DNA from: Promethearchaeota archaeon
Lineage (GTDB): Archaea; Asgardarchaeota; Lokiarchaeia; Sigyniarchaeales; SOKP01
Direction of reading: 5' to 3'
Length of the DNA: 24,000 nucleotides
Assembly (NCBI GenBank): GCA_008080735.1
Contig: SHMW01000003.1
Span: forward strand, 63,220 to 87,219
How positions within the stretch are numbered: the first letter of the stretch is position 1; every line of letters begins with the position of its first letter. A program made the translations under genes and the position numbers. Of the stretch, positions 21,962 through 24,000 are shown one piece after another. The notes below the pieces were generated by a model that searched no databases, was not told where the DNA came from, and saw nothing but the letters and a program-made list of their open reading frames with translations.

Positions 21962-22861
21962 ATGAAAGACTTACTGACTATTTCTGAATTATCTCCTGAA
22001 GATATTTATGCGTTGTTAGATTTAGCAAGCAAAATAAAGGCAGATCCAGATAGATTTCGTTCTCGCTTAACCAATAAAACGCTAGCGCTCTTATTTCAGA
22101 AAACATCTACAAGAACTCGGCTTTCCTTTGAAAGCGGAATGTATCAACTTGGAGGGAGGGCCATCTATTTGGATTGGAGAACCACGAATATCCACCTTGG
22201 TTCTCTACCAGATGAAATACGATGTATTGAATTATATGTTGATGCAATAATGGCAAGAGTGTATGAACATAAGTCTCTTGAAATAATGAGTAAGGCAGCA
22301 TCTATTCCTGTAATAAATGGGTTATCAGACAAATTTCACCCTTGTCAAATTCTCTCTGACTTATTAACTATGAAAGAAATTTTTCAAGATTTTGATACTC
22401 TAAACGTTGCTTGGGTGGGAGACGGTAATAATGTGTGTAATTCCTTAATTTTAGGATGCACTCAACTTAAAATACCAATTCATGTTGCCACTCCTCCGCG
22501 ATATGAACCACATATAGATGTTATTGAATGGGTGAAATCGCATAATAAGAGTCAATATTTAAAGATTTCCCAGGACCCAAAACTCGCCGTAAAAGAATCG
22601 GATATACTCTATACTGATACCTTTGTCTCAATGGGACAAGAAGACGAGACACAAGAACGCATGAAAATATTCCAGTCATTCCAGGTTAATCATCAATTAA
22701 TTAAGGAATCCACAAAGAACCCATATATAATGCATTGCTTACCAGCTCATAGAGGGGTTGAAATTACTGATGATGTGCTTGATTCTAAAAAATCACTCGT
22801 ATTTCACCAAGCAGAAAATCGCTTGCATATGCAAAAAGCTATTTTATTATTTCTTTTTTAA
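21962..22861 (+). CDS. argF: Ornithine carbamoyltransferase
   Basis: The carbamoyl-phosphate motif FQKTSTRTRLSFE and HPCQILSD are present. The ornithine-binding motif DTFVSMG and HCLPAHRG are also present. HCLP rather than HPLP favours OTC over ATCase. Confidence 0.9.
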   Translation: MKDLLTISELSPEDIYALLDLASKIKADPDRFRSRLTNKTLALLFQKTSTRTRLSFESGMYQLGGRAIYLDWRTTNIHLGSLPDEIRCIELYVDAIMARVYEHKSLEIMSKAASIPVINGLSDKFHPCQILSDLLTMKEIFQDFDTLNVAWVGDGNNVCNSLILGCTQLKIPIHVATPPRYEPHIDVIEWVKSHNKSQYLKISQDPKLAVKESDILYTDTFVSMGQEDETQERMKIFQSFQVNHQLIKESTKNPYIMHCLPAHRGVEITDDVLDSKKSLVFHQAENRLHMQKAILLFLF

Positions 22862-23197
22862 AAAATCGGGAAGGATACCTTCTAGTCCTAAACTTTTTAA
22901 GAGTGTGTCCCTCACGTCCATCTTTATCTTGAATTCGGACATTTTCTTCAGAGCTTCTTCAAGCGCCTTAGAAAAATTCTCACTCATATCATTTATGGTA
23001 TCAGAAGTCAATTTGAGTGAATCTCTTATCGTTATATTAGTTTCATGTAAGACTGAGCTCATTTTGTCCATAGATGTAGAGATCTGGTTGGTAATTGTAA
23101 TTACTTTATCCGAAAGCTCGCCTATTTGCTCTCGTACCTTTCTCATCTCAGAATTCATTTCAGAGAGCTCTTCCTTTAAGTCTTTTATTCCTAACAT
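22847..23197 (-). CDS. Small coiled-coil protein, unknown function
   Basis: The 116-aa product from the ATG at 23197 (the track uses a TTG at 23209) has heptad-like, Ser/Thr/Asn/Glu-rich helical sequence. It lies 43 nt downstream of the HAD gene on the same strand. The overlapping + strand 158-aa ORF is low-complexity and looks like a shadow. Its 3' end overlaps the argF stop by 15 nt. Confidence 0.5.
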   Translation of the reverse strand: MLGIKDLKEELSEMNSEMRKVREQIGELSDKVITITNQISTSMDKMSSVLHETNITIRDSLKLTSDTINDMSENFSKALEEALKKMSEFKIKMDVRDTLLKSLGLEGILPDFLKKK

Positions 23198-23240
23198 GTT
23201 TATTCTCAAAAATGCATCAATTACTAAGAAATAACTAATT

Positions 23241-23885
23241 TTATAACTTAAATTTTATGTTATACTTCCGTAATTGCTCTACTAAATGCTCGGTATAATA
23301 ATATTGTATTGCGTTCAATTTGAGAGATTCTGCCATTTCCACATTTTTTTGCTCATCATCAATTAATAATGCTTCTGAGGGTTTACATTTAATATGATTG
23401 AGAAGTTCTTTATAAAAGTCAAGATCATTCTTATTTTTGTGATATTCATAACTAAAGACCCAATCATCGAAATTATCTAGAAAACCATATCTCTCTTGGA
23501 GAAATTCTACGCGCTCTTTAATATTTCCGCTAAATACTATAAGTCTATAGTGCATTTTCAATTCTTTAACTAGATCTTCAATTTTATAATGTGGTAGATA
23601 GGATCCGAACCAAATTTTAATAATATGATGGTGTTCTTCTTTGGGTATTTTTAGTTTTTTTCCTACGCGTTCTTGAAACTCTTCTATATTGATTAACCCT
23701 TTCCGTAGTAGATATCCCTCTTTCTCGAACCTATCTCCGAAAATTTCATACAAGCGCATGAAACTGTCAATATTAAACAAATCCATAAATTTAATTATGG
23801 CCAGATAAGTACCTCTACTGAAAAAAACACCCCCTAAATCAAAAACAATTGTTTTAATAGTCCCATTAAATTGATTCATACTCAT
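23241..23885 (-). CDS. HAD-superfamily hydrolase
   Basis: Motif I is IVFDLGGVFF (the DxG variant seen in subfamily IA-like members). A cap-like helical insert follows. Motif III/IV-like sequences are FSGNIKE and ALLIDDEQKNV. Confidence 0.8.
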   Translation of the reverse strand: MSMNQFNGTIKTIVFDLGGVFFSRGTYLAIIKFMDLFNIDSFMRLYEIFGDRFEKEGYLLRKGLINIEEFQERVGKKLKIPKEEHHHIIKIWFGSYLPHYKIEDLVKELKMHYRLIVFSGNIKERVEFLQERYGFLDNFDDWVFSYEYHKNKNDLDFYKELLNHIKCKPSEALLIDDEQKNVEMAESLKLNAIQYYYTEHLVEQLRKYNIKFKL

Positions 23886-24000
23886 AATCTAAAATTTATC
23901 GAGCTATTAAAACTAACTCAATCTTATTCGTATACGATAGCAAAATTCAAAAAATAGTAGAAAGAGAGAAAAAGAGAGGTCCTAAATTATAATTTAAGGA

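Noticed and set aside
22107-23234. ORFs 22107-22301 (-) and 22758-23234 (+)
   Set aside because: The first is antisense within argF. The second is an out-of-frame continuation past the argF 3' end with a low-complexity Ser/Ile/Phe-rich product. The opposite-strand coiled-coil ORF fits the HAD-gene operon better.
1-24000. Searched by eye for tRNA/rRNA, CRISPR repeat arrays, IS elements, integrases and toxin-antitoxin or defence-system signatures
   Set aside because: The intergenic regions have no GC-rich structured islands apart from the C/D candidate. There are no regularly spaced direct repeats and no recombinase or nuclease-ATPase gene sets. The window looks like core chromosome plus a few orphan genes.

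Overview
This is a visibly AT-rich (about one-third G+C by eye), gene-dense chromosomal window that looks archaeal. The signs are A/T-rich TATA-like boxes about 25 nt upstream of several starts, oligo-T runs after stop codons, a box C/D sRNA candidate, and a mix of leaderless-looking and GGAGG/GGTGA-led genes. The domain content (longin/roadblock-like protein, RING-like zinc finger, fused GuaA) makes an Asgard/Loki-like origin plausible, but I cannot verify it. Positions 1-12.5 kb are mostly central C/N metabolism around the 2-oxoglutarate/glutamate node. They hold a partial MBL-fold hydrolase, a stand-alone GltB FMN-domain protein, fused GMP synthase, an NfnA/NfnB(GltD)-like pair and glutamate dehydrogenase. 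They also hold an SPFH/stomatin protein, a rubrerythrin-like protein with four tandem rubredoxin-type zinc ribbons, and an isocitrate/isopropylmalate-family dehydrogenase. In 12.7-18.6 kb, two inverted, about 70% identical IT-superfamily (ArsB/NhaD/CitMHS-like) permease paralogues bracket an alpha/beta hydrolase and a polytopic membrane protein with a C-terminal EEP phosphoesterase domain. In 18.7-20.6 kb, a minus-strand block of uncharacterised small genes holds a longin/roadblock-like 278-aa protein, a START/SRPBCC-like 162-aa protein, a 68-nt box C/D sRNA candidate absent from the ORF track, and a C4C4 RING-like zinc finger. The right end holds an NMO/FabK-like flavoprotein, ornithine carbamoyltransferase, a small coiled-coil protein and a HAD hydrolase. 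I saw no rRNA, tRNA, CRISPR array, transposase or integrase. The most interesting items are the 15.1-20.6 kb block of eukaryote-signature-like domains, the C/D sRNA candidate, and the His-less rubrerythrin-like protein. All family calls rest on motif recognition by eye, with no database search.
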